64,000 nt of DNA, taken from the NCBI GenBank assembly GCA_031422435.1, contig JANPLU010000030.1:1-64000 (forward strand). Reading direction: 5' to 3'. Below the pieces are notes generated by a model, which was not told where the DNA came from, ran no database searches, and saw only the letters and a list, made by a program, of their open reading frames with translations. The stretch comes from Acaryochloridaceae cyanobacterium VAR_48_metabat_390. GTDB lineage: Bacteria > Cyanobacteriota > Cyanobacteriia > Thermosynechococcales > Thermosynechococcaceae. Below are positions 1 to 9,912 of the stretch, piece after piece. The stretch's first letter is position 1. Every line of letters starts with the position of its first letter. Position numbers and translations under genes: made by a program.

Positions 1-1434
1 GATCGCCTGGTCGAAATTACCGCTCAGGGTCAAACGCTCCAGCTCGGCAAACCCGCCCTCCAGCGCGACTGGTTGGATGCCTTTGGGGGCAAAGCGCTGC
101 TGAACCAACGGCAGCAGGTCACGGCATTATTTCAGCAGTACCATATCGCCCAGCAGCAGCTCCACCACTATCGTCAAAACGAACAGCAGCGCTTTCAGCA
201 GGTTGATGGACTGCGCTACCAGCTCCAGGAACTACAGGAGGCTGCGCTAGTTGATCTCCATGAGCAAACCCAGCTTACCCACGAATATCAGCGCCTTAGC
301 CACAGTGTTGAGCTTCAGCAGCAGAGCAGTGCCGCCTATCAGCTCCTGTACGATCACCCCCAGGGTACTGCCTGTACAGACCTCCTGGGGAAAGCAGCGG
401 CTGTTTTAGAAGACATGAGCGCGGTCGATCCGCAGATGCAGCCGATTTCAGACTTGGTGCAGGAAGCCTTAGCTCAGGTGCAAGAAGCCGGTACCCAGAT
501 CCATCGGTATGGCGGCAGTCTCGAAACCGACCCTCAGCGACTTCAGGAGGTCGAAGCCCGTCTTCAGCAGCTTAAGCAGATTTGCCGCAAGTATGGGCCG
601 ACTTTAGAGCAGGCGATCGCCCACCAGCACCGCATCGAGCAAGAACTCGAATCCCTCACCGGAGCAGGGCAGTCCCTTGAAGCCTTAGAGCAGGCCTACG
701 ACACAACCAAAGCCGCTCTAGCACAATCTGCCGCGCAGCTTACCACTCTGCGACAATCTGCCGCCATCAATCTAGAGACGCGACTCGTGACAGAACTTAA
801 GCCGCTGGCAATGGAGAAAGTCCAGTTCTGCGTCCAGATCAGTCCCACAGAGCCAACCGCCCACGGAGCTGATCGCATTATTTTCGTGTTTAGCCCCAAC
901 CCTGGCGAACCGCTTCAGCCCCTTGCAGAAACGGCATCCGGTGGTGAAATGAGTCGCTTTCTGCTGGCGCTCAAAGCCTGTTTTTCTCAAATTGACCCTG
1001 TCGCAACCTTCGTGTTTGATGAAGTAGATGTGGGGGTATCAGGGCGCGTGGCTCAGGCGATCGCCGAAAAGCTCCACCACCTCAGCCACACTCACCAGAT
1101 TTTGTGCGTGACCCACCAGCCCATTATTGCGGCGATCGCCGACCAGCATTTCCAAGTCGAGAAAGCCGTCATTTCTAATTCTGTCGGCAGCTTTAGCGAT
1201 GCCCCAGAATCAGAAGACCGCACCATTGTTCGTATCCAGTGCCTTGCAGAAGAACAGCGCCTTCAAGAACTTGCCCAACTTGCAGGGGGCAGCACCACTG
1301 ACCAAATGCTGGCCTTTGCCGCCTCTCTTCTCACTCAGGCAAATCAGATTCGCAATTCACCTCCTAAGCCCCAATCCAAACCTCCGTCTAAATCCTCCCG
1401 TGCAAACGCTAAGGCAGTCACACGCGCCTCCTAA
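1..1434 (+). CDS. recN: DNA repair protein RecN (5'-truncated by window edge)
   Basis: Frame open from base 1 (DRLVEITAQGQ...); coiled coil; ABC signature ASGGEMSR, Walker B FDEVDVGVSG, CVTHQP. Confidence 0.95.
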   Translation, partial: DRLVEITAQGQTLQLGKPALQRDWLDAFGGKALLNQRQQVTALFQQYHIAQQQLHHYRQNEQQRFQQVDGLRYQLQELQEAALVDLHEQTQLTHEYQRLSHSVELQQQSSAAYQLLYDHPQGTACTDLLGKAAAVLEDMSAVDPQMQPISDLVQEALAQVQEAGTQIHRYGGSLETDPQRLQEVEARLQQLKQICRKYGPTLEQAIAHQHRIEQELESLTGAGQSLEALEQAYDTTKAALAQSAAQLTTLRQSAAINLETRLVTELKPLAMEKVQFCVQISPTEPTAHGADRIIFVFSPNPGEPLQPLAETASGGEMSRFLLALKACFSQIDPVATFVFDEVDVGVSGRVAQAIAEKLHHLSHTHQILCVTHQPIIAAIADQHFQVEKAVISNSVGSFSDAPESEDRTIVRIQCLAEEQRLQELAQLAGGSTTDQMLAFAASLLTQANQIRNSPPKPQSKPPSKSSRANAKAVTRAS

Positions 1435-2021
1435 GCAGGATGGCGCTGCAAAGCCCGATCAATTTGGGCGTATAGCGCTTCCACAGACCCTGAATTGTCT
1501 AAAACTACGTCGGCGCGATCGCATTTTTGCGCCAGCGGCATTTGGCTATTAATCCGTATCTGAGCCTCTTGCTGCGTCAGATGACTGCGCTGGATTAAAC
1601 GGGTGAGCTGCTGCTCAGGAGGACAGTGGACCACCCAAATCTCTGAGACTAAGTCTGGCATCTCTGCCTCAAACAGTAGCGGAATATCCATCACAATAAT
1701 GGGCTGTGCCGCCAGTGACTTTGCCGTTACGGTGAGGCGATCGCGCACGTAGGGATGAATCAGCGCCTCAAGCCACTGTTTCTCCGCAGAATTCTGAAAA
1801 ATCACCTGAGCCAGCCGTGTGCGATCTAGCATGCCGCCTGTCTGCATCACTTTGCTTCCGTAGCGCCGCATAACGGCTTTTAACCCCTCAGAACCTGGAG
1901 AAATCGCCTCATGGGCATAAGCGTCTGCATCTAGAATAGTCAGGTCATGATGACGAGAAAGATAATCCGAGGCGGTTGATTTGCCTGTTGCAATGCCGCC
2001 CGTCAGGCCAATTATCCTCAT
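1431..2021 (-). CDS. coaE: Dephospho-CoA kinase
   Basis: IIGLTGGIATGKST P-loop, IHPYV, DIPLLFE. Confidence 0.95.
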   Translation of the reverse strand: MRIIGLTGGIATGKSTASDYLSRHHDLTILDADAYAHEAISPGSEGLKAVMRRYGSKVMQTGGMLDRTRLAQVIFQNSAEKQWLEALIHPYVRDRLTVTAKSLAAQPIIVMDIPLLFEAEMPDLVSEIWVVHCPPEQQLTRLIQRSHLTQQEAQIRINSQMPLAQKCDRADVVLDNSGSVEALYAQIDRALQRHPA

Positions 2022-2513
2022 AAAACGCCGTAACGCACCGCAATTTTGTAGAGAGTGTTTCAGTTTAAGGTCTAGTGCTGAAGTTTATAGTAGTATCTAA
2101 ACTCGTCGAAGATGCTTCCAAAATAAACTGTCACCTTATCCAAAAATCAGGCAAAATGTGCGAAATTCGACTTGTTTTTAAGGGTACTTTCTGACATATA
2201 GGCATTATCCTAATAAAAAATCACTGTAGTGACTGAATGAATTCATCATAACTATACACACGTTTTAGACTAATGCTCTGCCCATTGCTGACCATGCAGA
2301 ATGTGCATTAATCGTGCCCTGATAATGTCAAAATCTACTCTAAGGGAAAGTCCCCAAATCGTTCTAGCATCATAAAAAGCTTAATCTTTCACCGTTCATT
2401 TAGCCTCTCAAAAAGGGCACTCTATTGTTTTAGGATTACCTTCCTTGCATCAAATAAATCCAAAGCACTCTGAAAGGTTGAGATTTGACCATCGAGGTCG
2501 TTAAGCAGAAGCC

Positions 2514-5500
2514 GTGAACCGTTCTCGAAACCCAATGATTGCAAACTTAGCCAAAGCGCTTCAAAGCGCTCTAAAATCAATTCCTTCCTCGGTCTTTGAT
2601 ACCGAAACCGAGGCATACCTGAACCAACATTGGGCTTTAGGCAGTCGTGTCTTGCTGGCCTTTCAAACCTTGGCTGAACGCCAAAGTACCAGTCTGCTTT
2701 CACCCCTTGAGCAGCTAGAGACCGTTATTGACGTTATCGCCAAGACCTTTGACTTTCCCTTGGCTTTTATAGAGCAGCACAACGCAGCAGCTGAAACCCT
2801 AGAGATTGTGGCGGCCTTCGGGATCGCACCCTCCACCCAACATAAGCCTATCCCCCTTGCGCAGCAGACCCTATCGGGAATGGCTATTACGACCCAAGCG
2901 CCAACCGTCTGGTCTGAGGCGCGAGATCCAGTGACTATTCCGCAGCTCAAAGACATTGAGCTATTTGCTGATCGCTTTTGCACGGTTGTCATCATCCCGC
3001 TGCTCTATGAGCAAGAGACGGTAGGGGTTTTAACGCTTGCTCACCCAGACTGCCAGCCTGTTGAAAAATACGTTATTCATTGGCTCAGCAGCGTGGCAGC
3101 ATCTGTCGCATCAACTTTGGCCTATGTCCAGCTTGCTCAGCGCCAATCTCAGGTCCAAGAGCGCCTTGATCTTGCGGCACTGGGACTGCGCGGCATCATT
3201 TATGACCTTGACCTCGAGCAGCGTCAGATGCTTCGTACTCGAGGCATTGTGAACTTACTGGGCTATGACGAGTCTGAAGTGGTTCCCTCTCTTGCATGGT
3301 GGCTTAACCGAGTGCATCCTGAAGATCGACCTGAACTTGAAATCTTTTTAGCACAAGAGGCTCAAAATCATCGAGAGTTTGCGTTAACCTATCGGGTGCG
3401 CCGTATCAACGATCAGTACTTGACCGTGTGCGATCGCGGGGTTGTAATGCGCGATGCCTCAGGCGATCCGATTCGTCTCATCGGCACCATTACAGAGCAG
3501 ACCTATGGTTTAGAACAGCTTCAGTCTGATTCATCAGGCAGCACCTCCACTGCATTCCTGAATCGTCAGGACGAAAATATTCAGGATGTTTCCGTCGCTG
3601 CCCCGCTGCCGCTGCCACCACAGCCTCACACCACCTCGGTCCCTCCTTTACTTCACCCCAGCACAATTCTAGATCGGCTCCAAGACGTTATCTTTCAAAC
3701 CGATAGAGATGGAAAGTGGACGTTTTTAAACCTCGCTTGGTCAACGCTTACAGGTTTTTCCGTTGAAGAGACCTTGGGACAACGCTGGCAAGATTTTATT
3801 CACCCCGACGATGTATTAGCGCAAGCAGAGGCGTTTGTTTCCGTCCTAAACCAAGAGTCAGCGGCGATCGCTGAGCTGAACATCCAGAGTCCGCACCCAG
3901 AGTCGATCGCCATCTATCCCCAACTTCGCTACATCACAAAAGCAGGCGAGACTCGCTGGGTCGAAGTCCATTGCCAACCGCTATGGGGTGTGGATAGATC
4001 GGTCATAGGCACAACCGGCACCCTTTATGACATTACCAATCGCAAGTCCACTGAAGTCCAGCTTTTGCATGATGCCATGCACGATAGCCTAACAGGCTTA
4101 CCAACCCGCGTCTTGTTTGCTGATCGGCTTCAGCACGCATACCAGAACTATCAACGCTACCCTGAAACCGGTTTTGCTATTTTATTCTTAGACTTAGATC
4201 GTTTTAAGGTCGTGAATGATAGCCTAGGCCATATTGTCGGAGACCAGCTTTTAGCGGCAGTTGCGGAACGACTGAACGACTGTTTGCGGCCTGGAGATAC
4301 CGTTGCTCGCTTTGGCGGAGACGAATTTACGGTTCTGCTGCCCAACGTTTTAGAGGTAAAGGATGCTATTCAGGTGAGCGAGCGTATCCTCAGCCAAATG
4401 AGCCAGCCTTTTAATCTCTCTGAACATAAAATTTATACGTCTGCCAGCATTGGTATTGCGCTTAGTTCTGGGCCAGAACAGCGACCTGATGAACTACTGC
4501 GCAACGCTGATATCGCGCTCTATCGTGCCAAAGCGAATGGGAAAGGACGCTATGACCTATTTTCGCCAACGATGTATGCGGATGCCCGAGCGCAACTGGA
4601 GCTTGAAACCGAGCTGCGACGTGCGATCGAGCAGCAGGAACTGACCTTACACTATCAGCCCATCCACGGTTTACCCGACCGTCAACTGGTCGGAGTTGAA
4701 GCTTTACTATTCTGGAATCATCCCCAGCGGGGACTGTTGGCGCTGCCTGAATTTTTGCCGCTTGCGGAAGAAACTGGATTAATTGCCTCCATTGGCTGGT
4801 GGGCTTTAAAGTCAGCCTGTAAACAGCTACAGACTTGGCGGCAGCGCTACGCCTCTACAGCAGAATCGCTATTTATGTGTGTCACCCTCTTTGCGCCGCA
4901 GTTAGAAGCTGAAGAGTTTGAGCAGCGGGTGCATCAAATCTTGACCCATCTGACCCTCCCCTCTCACTGCCTTATGCTTCAGGTGAATGAGCGTTTATTT
5001 GCTGAAAATATTGAGACTGCTACAGCTAAGCTACAGCCCCTACGCAACTTAGGGATTTATCTATGTTTAGACGCTTTTGGTCGTCGGTTTTCTGCTTTTG
5101 GAGATTTAAGCCATCTGCCTATTAGTCACCTTAGAATCCATCGTTCTTTCATTAGTGAGATGAAAGTAGGGAAAAATTTAGAGGCTGTCGCTTCTATGCT
5201 TGACATGGGGAGTCAGTTAGGGCTGCGAGTGATTGCGGAAGGCATTGAAACTGAACCCCAAATTGCCCAGCTTCAGGCCATGAAGTGTGATTATGGGCAG
5301 GGTCTTTTTCTATCTCCTGTGTTGCCTCCAGATGATTTGCTTAATTGGTTTGATCAGCCCGTTTTAGCCGCTGTACCCAGTATGATTGCTTCTTCTGTAC
5401 CTTTTCCCACCCTGGTGGTGTACGTCTCTCCTAGAAAGACTCAGGTTCCGTTAAGAGAGGGAAAGTCTTGGAGTATGGGGCGGAGTCTAGACAGTACTGT

Positions 5501-6287
5501 GGTGCTGTCAGACCGATGGGTGTCTCGCAATCATGCCGAAATTCAGCTCTTAGACAATGGCAGCTATTATCTGGTGGATTTGGGCAGCGGCAATGGGTCT
5601 TTTGTCAACGGGCAACGGGTAGTGCTGCCTGTTTGTCTCAATCATGGGGACTTACTGACCATCGGTCGTACCGAGATGGAGTTTCAGTTTTCCATTCCTG
5701 AAATGACCACCCAGCTTCAAGAAAAGCTTCCCTTGCAGCAGATTGCGTCTGAAACGTCAGATCCTTCACCCAAGACCGTTCTGCTCATGCAGGCGTCTGG
5801 GCGCCAAGGAAATATCTGGCGTGCAGCTCTTAAGTCTCAGGGCATTACGCTCATCAACTTAAATTCTGATATTGATTTACAGCAGATGATTGAGCAACGG
5901 GTACAGTCTAGGCGATCGCTGCCAGACCTGTTGCTGGTCGATATGACCATCCTGCGTCCCAATCCCTACAGCTTTTGCCGATGGTGCCACAGTGAGTATC
6001 CACAGCTCAAGATTGTTCTTACCAGCGGGACTCGCATTGATGTTCCTCCTTCAGAACGTCAGTGGGCGATTCATCAAGGAGCAGTGGATTTAATGGCGGC
6101 TTTTCCTGAAGAAAATTTGTTTTCTAAGTTAGTTGATATTGCTGCAAAAGTGCGGTCATTGCTCCAGATTTTAGACATGCCTCCCGTTTCGCAGCAGTCT
6201 TTAGCCAGTACGCTAATGTCGATTCAATCTGTCGTAAGTTCTCAAGACACGCTGCTGGGGTTTGAAGCGTTTATGTCAGATGATTAA
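2514..6287 (+). CDS. GAF-PAS-PAS-GGDEF-EAL(degenerate)-FHA-receiver-like signalling protein
   Basis: HPED/HPDD PAS motifs, HDSLTGLP...RFGGDEF, VEALL, FHA motif GRS...SRNHA...GSGNGSFVNG, C-terminal PDLLLVDM receiver-like domain; start could be ATG 2535. Confidence 0.88.
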   Translation: MNRSRNPMIANLAKALQSALKSIPSSVFDTETEAYLNQHWALGSRVLLAFQTLAERQSTSLLSPLEQLETVIDVIAKTFDFPLAFIEQHNAAAETLEIVAAFGIAPSTQHKPIPLAQQTLSGMAITTQAPTVWSEARDPVTIPQLKDIELFADRFCTVVIIPLLYEQETVGVLTLAHPDCQPVEKYVIHWLSSVAASVASTLAYVQLAQRQSQVQERLDLAALGLRGIIYDLDLEQRQMLRTRGIVNLLGYDESEVVPSLAWWLNRVHPEDRPELEIFLAQEAQNHREFALTYRVRRINDQYLTVCDRGVVMRDASGDPIRLIGTITEQTYGLEQLQSDSSGSTSTAFLNRQDENIQDVSVAAPLPLPPQPHTTSVPPLLHPSTILDRLQDVIFQTDRDGKWTFLNLAWSTLTGFSVEETLGQRWQDFIHPDDVLAQAEAFVSVLNQESAAIAELNIQSPHPESIAIYPQLRYITKAGETRWVEVHCQPLWGVDRSVIGTTGTLYDITNRKSTEVQLLHDAMHDSLTGLPTRVLFADRLQHAYQNYQRYPETGFAILFLDLDRFKVVNDSLGHIVGDQLLAAVAERLNDCLRPGDTVARFGGDEFTVLLPNVLEVKDAIQVSERILSQMSQPFNLSEHKIYTSASIGIALSSGPEQRPDELLRNADIALYRAKANGKGRYDLFSPTMYADARAQLELETELRRAIEQQELTLHYQPIHGLPDRQLVGVEALLFWNHPQRGLLALPEFLPLAEETGLIASIGWWALKSACKQLQTWRQRYASTAESLFMCVTLFAPQLEAEEFEQRVHQILTHLTLPSHCLMLQVNERLFAENIETATAKLQPLRNLGIYLCLDAFGRRFSAFGDLSHLPISHLRIHRSFISEMKVGKNLEAVASMLDMGSQLGLRVIAEGIETEPQIAQLQAMKCDYGQGLFLSPVLPPDDLLNWFDQPVLAAVPSMIASSVPFPTLVVYVSPRKTQVPLREGKSWSMGRSLDSTVVLSDRWVSRNHAEIQLLDNGSYYLVDLGSGNGSFVNGQRVVLPVCLNHGDLLTIGRTEMEFQFSIPEMTTQLQEKLPLQQIASETSDPSPKTVLLMQASGRQGNIWRAALKSQGITLINLNSDIDLQQMIEQRVQSRRSLPDLLLVDMTILRPNPYSFCRWCHSEYPQLKIVLTSGTRIDVPPSERQWAIHQGAVDLMAAFPEENLFSKLVDIAAKVRSLLQILDMPPVSQQSLASTLMSIQSVVSSQDTLLGFEAFMSDD

Positions 6288-7434
6288 GAATAATTTCAGC
6301 TGCCCGCTGAACGGCTCCAGGGGCGCCTAATTGCGTTTTGAGTAGACGATACTGCTCTAGCATCTGAGTCCGAGCTGCGGAGGGCTGTAGAAGTTCTATG
6401 GCAAATTGTGTAATCGCCTGGGGGGTCGCAGCCTCTTGTAAAAGTTCTGGAACAGCGGCGGCATTTCGCACCAGATTGACGGGAGAAATATAGGGAACCT
6501 GAAAGCGCAGCAGATTGCGGTAAAGCCAGCCGTTGAAGGGATGAATACGATAAACCACAATTTGAGGCACGTCCAGCAGAGCCGCCTCTAGGTTGGCGGT
6601 GCCAGATTTACCAATGCTTAAATCAGCTGCGGCTAGCATGAGCTGCGGATTCTCGCTCAAGGTGGCTCGCAGCCCAAACTGCTCAATGGCGGCTTTGAGG
6701 GGCGCTCGGAACTGCGGTAGGGCGACCGGAATCCAAAAGTGGGCATCGGGCACGTGCGTCTGAATTTGCTGCGCTGCTTGCGCCAAAACGGGCAATATGT
6801 GCCGCAACTCCTGCCTTCGAGAGGCGGGAAGAAGGGCGATCGCCTTTTGCTGCACCGGAATTCCTAACTGTTTACGGGCTTGAGTACGGTTTTGCAGTTT
6901 CGCCATTGCGTCCACTAGGGGATGCCCAACCCATTCCACAGCAGCACCATTCTCGGCATAGTATTTCGCCTCTTGCGAAAAAATTGCCAGAATTTGATCG
7001 GTAAAGTCTACAATTTTGCGCGTGGTGCCTTTACTAAAAGCCCAAACATACTCTTGAGGGGCGATGTAATAAAGAATAGGGCAGCGATAGTGCTGCTTTA
7101 CGTACCCCGCTAAAGGCACGTTAGACCCTGGATAGTCAATGAGCAGAGTAAGGTCTGGCGGCGAAGTTTTGAGATGCTGCTTGAGCTGTCGCTGAAGCGC
7201 TAGCACAGACTTAACGTAAGGCAAAGACTCAATAAGACCAATGGCACCCAAACTGGTGGTATCCGCCAGCAGCGTTGCCCCGCTCTGCTGCATTCGAGCG
7301 CCGCCAAGAGCATCAATGTTGAGGCACCACCCGCGTTTTGACGCAGCAATATGAAGCGCCTGAATTAAAAGGCTTCCCTGAAGATCGCCAGAGACTTCGC
7401 CCGTACTGATCAAAAGACGAAACGTTTTAGTCAT
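6271..7434 (-). CDS. lpxB: Lipid-A-disaccharide synthase
   Basis: STGEVSGDLQG, LIDYPG, VGHPL, LLPASRRQE, KSGTANLE; operon context; start placed at ATG 7434. Confidence 0.95.
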   Translation of the reverse strand: MTKTFRLLISTGEVSGDLQGSLLIQALHIAASKRGWCLNIDALGGARMQQSGATLLADTTSLGAIGLIESLPYVKSVLALQRQLKQHLKTSPPDLTLLIDYPGSNVPLAGYVKQHYRCPILYYIAPQEYVWAFSKGTTRKIVDFTDQILAIFSQEAKYYAENGAAVEWVGHPLVDAMAKLQNRTQARKQLGIPVQQKAIALLPASRRQELRHILPVLAQAAQQIQTHVPDAHFWIPVALPQFRAPLKAAIEQFGLRATLSENPQLMLAAADLSIGKSGTANLEAALLDVPQIVVYRIHPFNGWLYRNLLRFQVPYISPVNLVRNAAAVPELLQEAATPQAITQFAIELLQPSAARTQMLEQYRLLKTQLGAPGAVQRAAEIILNHLT

Positions 7435-8269
7435 CGTCTTGACCATTGCCAAAGCTCCTCCGCCCGTTTTTCCCTCGCCCTGAAATGACACCGCGCCGAC
7501 CGGAACTTTGAGCCTGCTGCAAAAACGAACAGAGATGCCCTAAAGGATCTCCCGATGCCCTTTGCATAAGCTGCTCTAGCGCCTTCGCAAAGGGGATATC
7601 TGAGTGGTACAGCAGGTGATAGGCGTTCTTCAGTTCTTTAAAAGCAGGGCTGTCTGCGGCGATACTGCTGCGCTTTAGGCCAATGGTATTGATTCCCCTC
7701 ACTCGCGCAGGGTTGCCTTCTATGAGCATATAGGGCGGCACATCTCGGTTAATCCGGCTCATGCCGCCAATCATCGCGAGACGACCAATACGCACCTTTT
7801 GATGAACCCCCGTCATCCCACCAATGACGGCGTTTGACTCCACATAGACATACCCGCCTAACCCCACGGCATTGGCAATGGTGACGTTGTTTTCAATGTG
7901 GCAGTTATGGGCGACGTGGGCATAGGCCATCAAAAAGTTATCGTCCCCAATGTGGGTGACGGCATCCGCCTGGGTGGGTCGATGGATGGTTACATACTCA
8001 CGGATTTGATTGCGATCGCCAATCTTAACCCAAGACTCTGCGCCATTATAGGAAACATCCTGAGGCGCTAGCCCGATAGCTACCCCAGGGAAAATCTGGT
8101 TATCTGCCCCAATCTGGACATTGCCTTCAATGACAACGTGGGCACCGATGCGGGTATGAGCGCCGATAGAAGTGCGATCGCCAATGACCGCATAAGGCCC
8201 CACCTCAACCCCTTGCGCCAACTGCGCGTTTGGGTGAATGATTGCAGTGACGTGAATTTGACGGGTCAT
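7427..8269 (-). CDS. lpxA: UDP-N-acetylglucosamine acyltransferase
   Basis: Hexapeptide repeats, IREYVTIHR, HVAHNC. Confidence 0.95.
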   Translation of the reverse strand: MTRQIHVTAIIHPNAQLAQGVEVGPYAVIGDRTSIGAHTRIGAHVVIEGNVQIGADNQIFPGVAIGLAPQDVSYNGAESWVKIGDRNQIREYVTIHRPTQADAVTHIGDDNFLMAYAHVAHNCHIENNVTIANAVGLGGYVYVESNAVIGGMTGVHQKVRIGRLAMIGGMSRINRDVPPYMLIEGNPARVRGINTIGLKRSSIAADSPAFKELKNAYHLLYHSDIPFAKALEQLMQRASGDPLGHLCSFLQQAQSSGRRGVISGRGKNGRRSFGNGQDDD

Positions 8270-8310
8270 GGTGACGTCGCGGCTAACACCGCAGCCTTCC
8301 GTACCAAAAA

Positions 8311-8811
8311 CTAATCTACTAGGGAGAACATCAGTTCACCCTCAGAGACTAACTGCCCGTCAACGACAGCGCGAGCCTGCATTTTGCCAAACCGCTTCTG
8401 CTTAATACAGATCAGCTCAACCGTCATCACAAGCTGGTCTCCTGGAACCACCGGACGGCGAAACCGCACCTTATCAATCCCGGCAAACAGAGACAGCTTA
8501 TCTTTAAGGTCTGCCATCTGAAGCAGCACAATGCCGCCCACCTGCGCCATCGCTTCCACAATGAGTACCCCTGGCATAATGGGTCGCCCTGGGAAGTGCC
8601 CTTGAAAAAAAGGCTCATTGACCGTCACATTCTTAATGCCGACGGCTCGCTCACCAGGAAGGTTTTCAATAATGCGATCAACGAGCAAAAACGGATAGCG
8701 ATGGGGTAAAAGCGCCTGAATTTGCTCAATCGTCAGAATGCTGGGCACTTCAGGACTGTCCGTCGTCGGAGAAGATGCTGCTGAAGCAGAAGCGGAGGTT
8801 AACGTTGGCAT
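8311..8811 (-). CDS. fabZ: 3-hydroxyacyl-ACP dehydratase
   Basis: [35 protein letters not shown]; start placed at ATG 8811. Confidence 0.96.
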   Translation of the reverse strand: MPTLTSASASAASSPTTDSPEVPSILTIEQIQALLPHRYPFLLVDRIIENLPGERAVGIKNVTVNEPFFQGHFPGRPIMPGVLIVEAMAQVGGIVLLQMADLKDKLSLFAGIDKVRFRRPVVPGDQLVMTVELICIKQKRFGKMQARAVVDGQLVSEGELMFSLVD

Positions 8812-8875
8812 GGTCAATGTGACAGTAATCGGGTAAAAATCAGAAAGCCTTAATGCTTGGGTTAATCCCAAGCAG

Positions 8876-9736
8876 CTACCGCAGTTGGGCAAGACGATGA
8901 ACCAATTGCGTATGGAGCGCGTGACTGGCTTTGTAGGCCAAAATATGTGCCTTGGGTAAAACGCCGAGCAGACTTAAATCTCCCATTAAGTCCAGCAGCT
9001 TATGGCGGACGGGTTCATTGGCATATCGCAAAGGAGGATTTAGCCATCCTTCATCATTACTACATACCAAAGCATTGTCTAGACTACCACCTTTGATTAG
9101 CCCCCCCGCACGTAATTTTTCAACCTCTTCGGCAAATCCAAAGGTTCGTGCGGGTGCAACGTCAGTCATAAACTCTGCCGCAGTAATGCTGTGCCACTGC
9201 TGCCCAATGACAGCATTCGAGAAATCAATTCCGTAGGTTAAGCGCAATTGCTCCGCTGGAATGGCTGTTACAAACGCATCATTTTTCTGGACCGTAATGG
9301 GATATTTCAACACATAGCGATCGCGTAGCATAGGCTGCATAACCCATCCAGCCCTTAAGATAGCCGCCACCCAATCTTGGGCAGAGCCATCTAGCAGCGG
9401 AATTTCAGGGCCATTGACTTCAATACGAGCATTGTCAATCCCTAACCCTGCAAGCGCCGCCAAGAGATGCTCCACGGTTCTAACAGCAACCCCGCTTGTT
9501 ATCAACTCTGTTGAAAGAACCGTTTGATGGAGCGCATCAATATGAGCCGGAATGACAACAGAACCAGACTGGACATCCGTTCGCACAAAATACCGCCCCG
9601 CATCCACAGGTGCAGGCAGAATTTTCACTTCGACCTGCTGACCCGTATGCAGACCAATACCGCTCTGACGAATTACCGATGAGAGAGTGTGCTGATAGGG
9701 CGATAAAAGTGCTGATTCTAAACTGCTAAGGATCAT
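8876..9736 (-). CDS. lpxC: UDP-3-O-acyl-GlcNAc deacetylase (current start lies inside a MITE)
   Basis: [34 protein letters not shown]. Confidence 0.95.
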   Translation of the reverse strand: MILSSLESALLSPYQHTLSSVIRQSGIGLHTGQQVEVKILPAPVDAGRYFVRTDVQSGSVVIPAHIDALHQTVLSTELITSGVAVRTVEHLLAALAGLGIDNARIEVNGPEIPLLDGSAQDWVAAILRAGWVMQPMLRDRYVLKYPITVQKNDAFVTAIPAEQLRLTYGIDFSNAVIGQQWHSITAAEFMTDVAPARTFGFAEEVEKLRAGGLIKGGSLDNALVCSNDEGWLNPPLRYANEPVRHKLLDLMGDLSLLGVLPKAHILAYKASHALHTQLVHRLAQLR

Positions 9737-9900
9737 GGATTCAATAAAACCTAGATTTCCCCTCACCCCAACCCTCTCCCTAGGGAGAGGGAGTAAGAGT
9801 CCGATCCCCCTTCTCCTTAGGGAGAAGGGGCTAGGGGATGAGGGCGTGCAAGGTGTAAAGTCTCTTACCAACTCTGTAAGTTATTTAATTCACGCTCCTA
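9727..9900. mobile_element. ~170-bp MITE flanked by TA, inserted at the 5' end of lpxC
   Basis: Imperfect terminal inverted repeats AGGATCATGGATTCAATAA (9729-9747) and TTATTTAATTCACGCTCCT (9881-9899), 15/19 match; TA at 9727-28 and 9899-9900; removing it restores an in-frame lpxC start. Confidence 0.72.
9760..9844. repeat. GC-rich branched palindromic short dispersed repeat (CCCTCACCCC-AACCCTCTCCC...GGGAGAGGG type)
   Basis: Hairpins at 9772-9791 and 9807-9830, enclosed by outer pairing of 9760-9769 with 9834-9844. Confidence 0.8.
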
Positions 9901-9912
9901 ACCGTCATTGCT

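Noticed and set aside
9737..9871. N-terminal extension of lpxC (MVRDFTPCTPSSPSPFSL...)
   Set aside because: It is translation through the palindromic repeat and MITE, not LpxC sequence; use of the TTG start cannot be fully excluded
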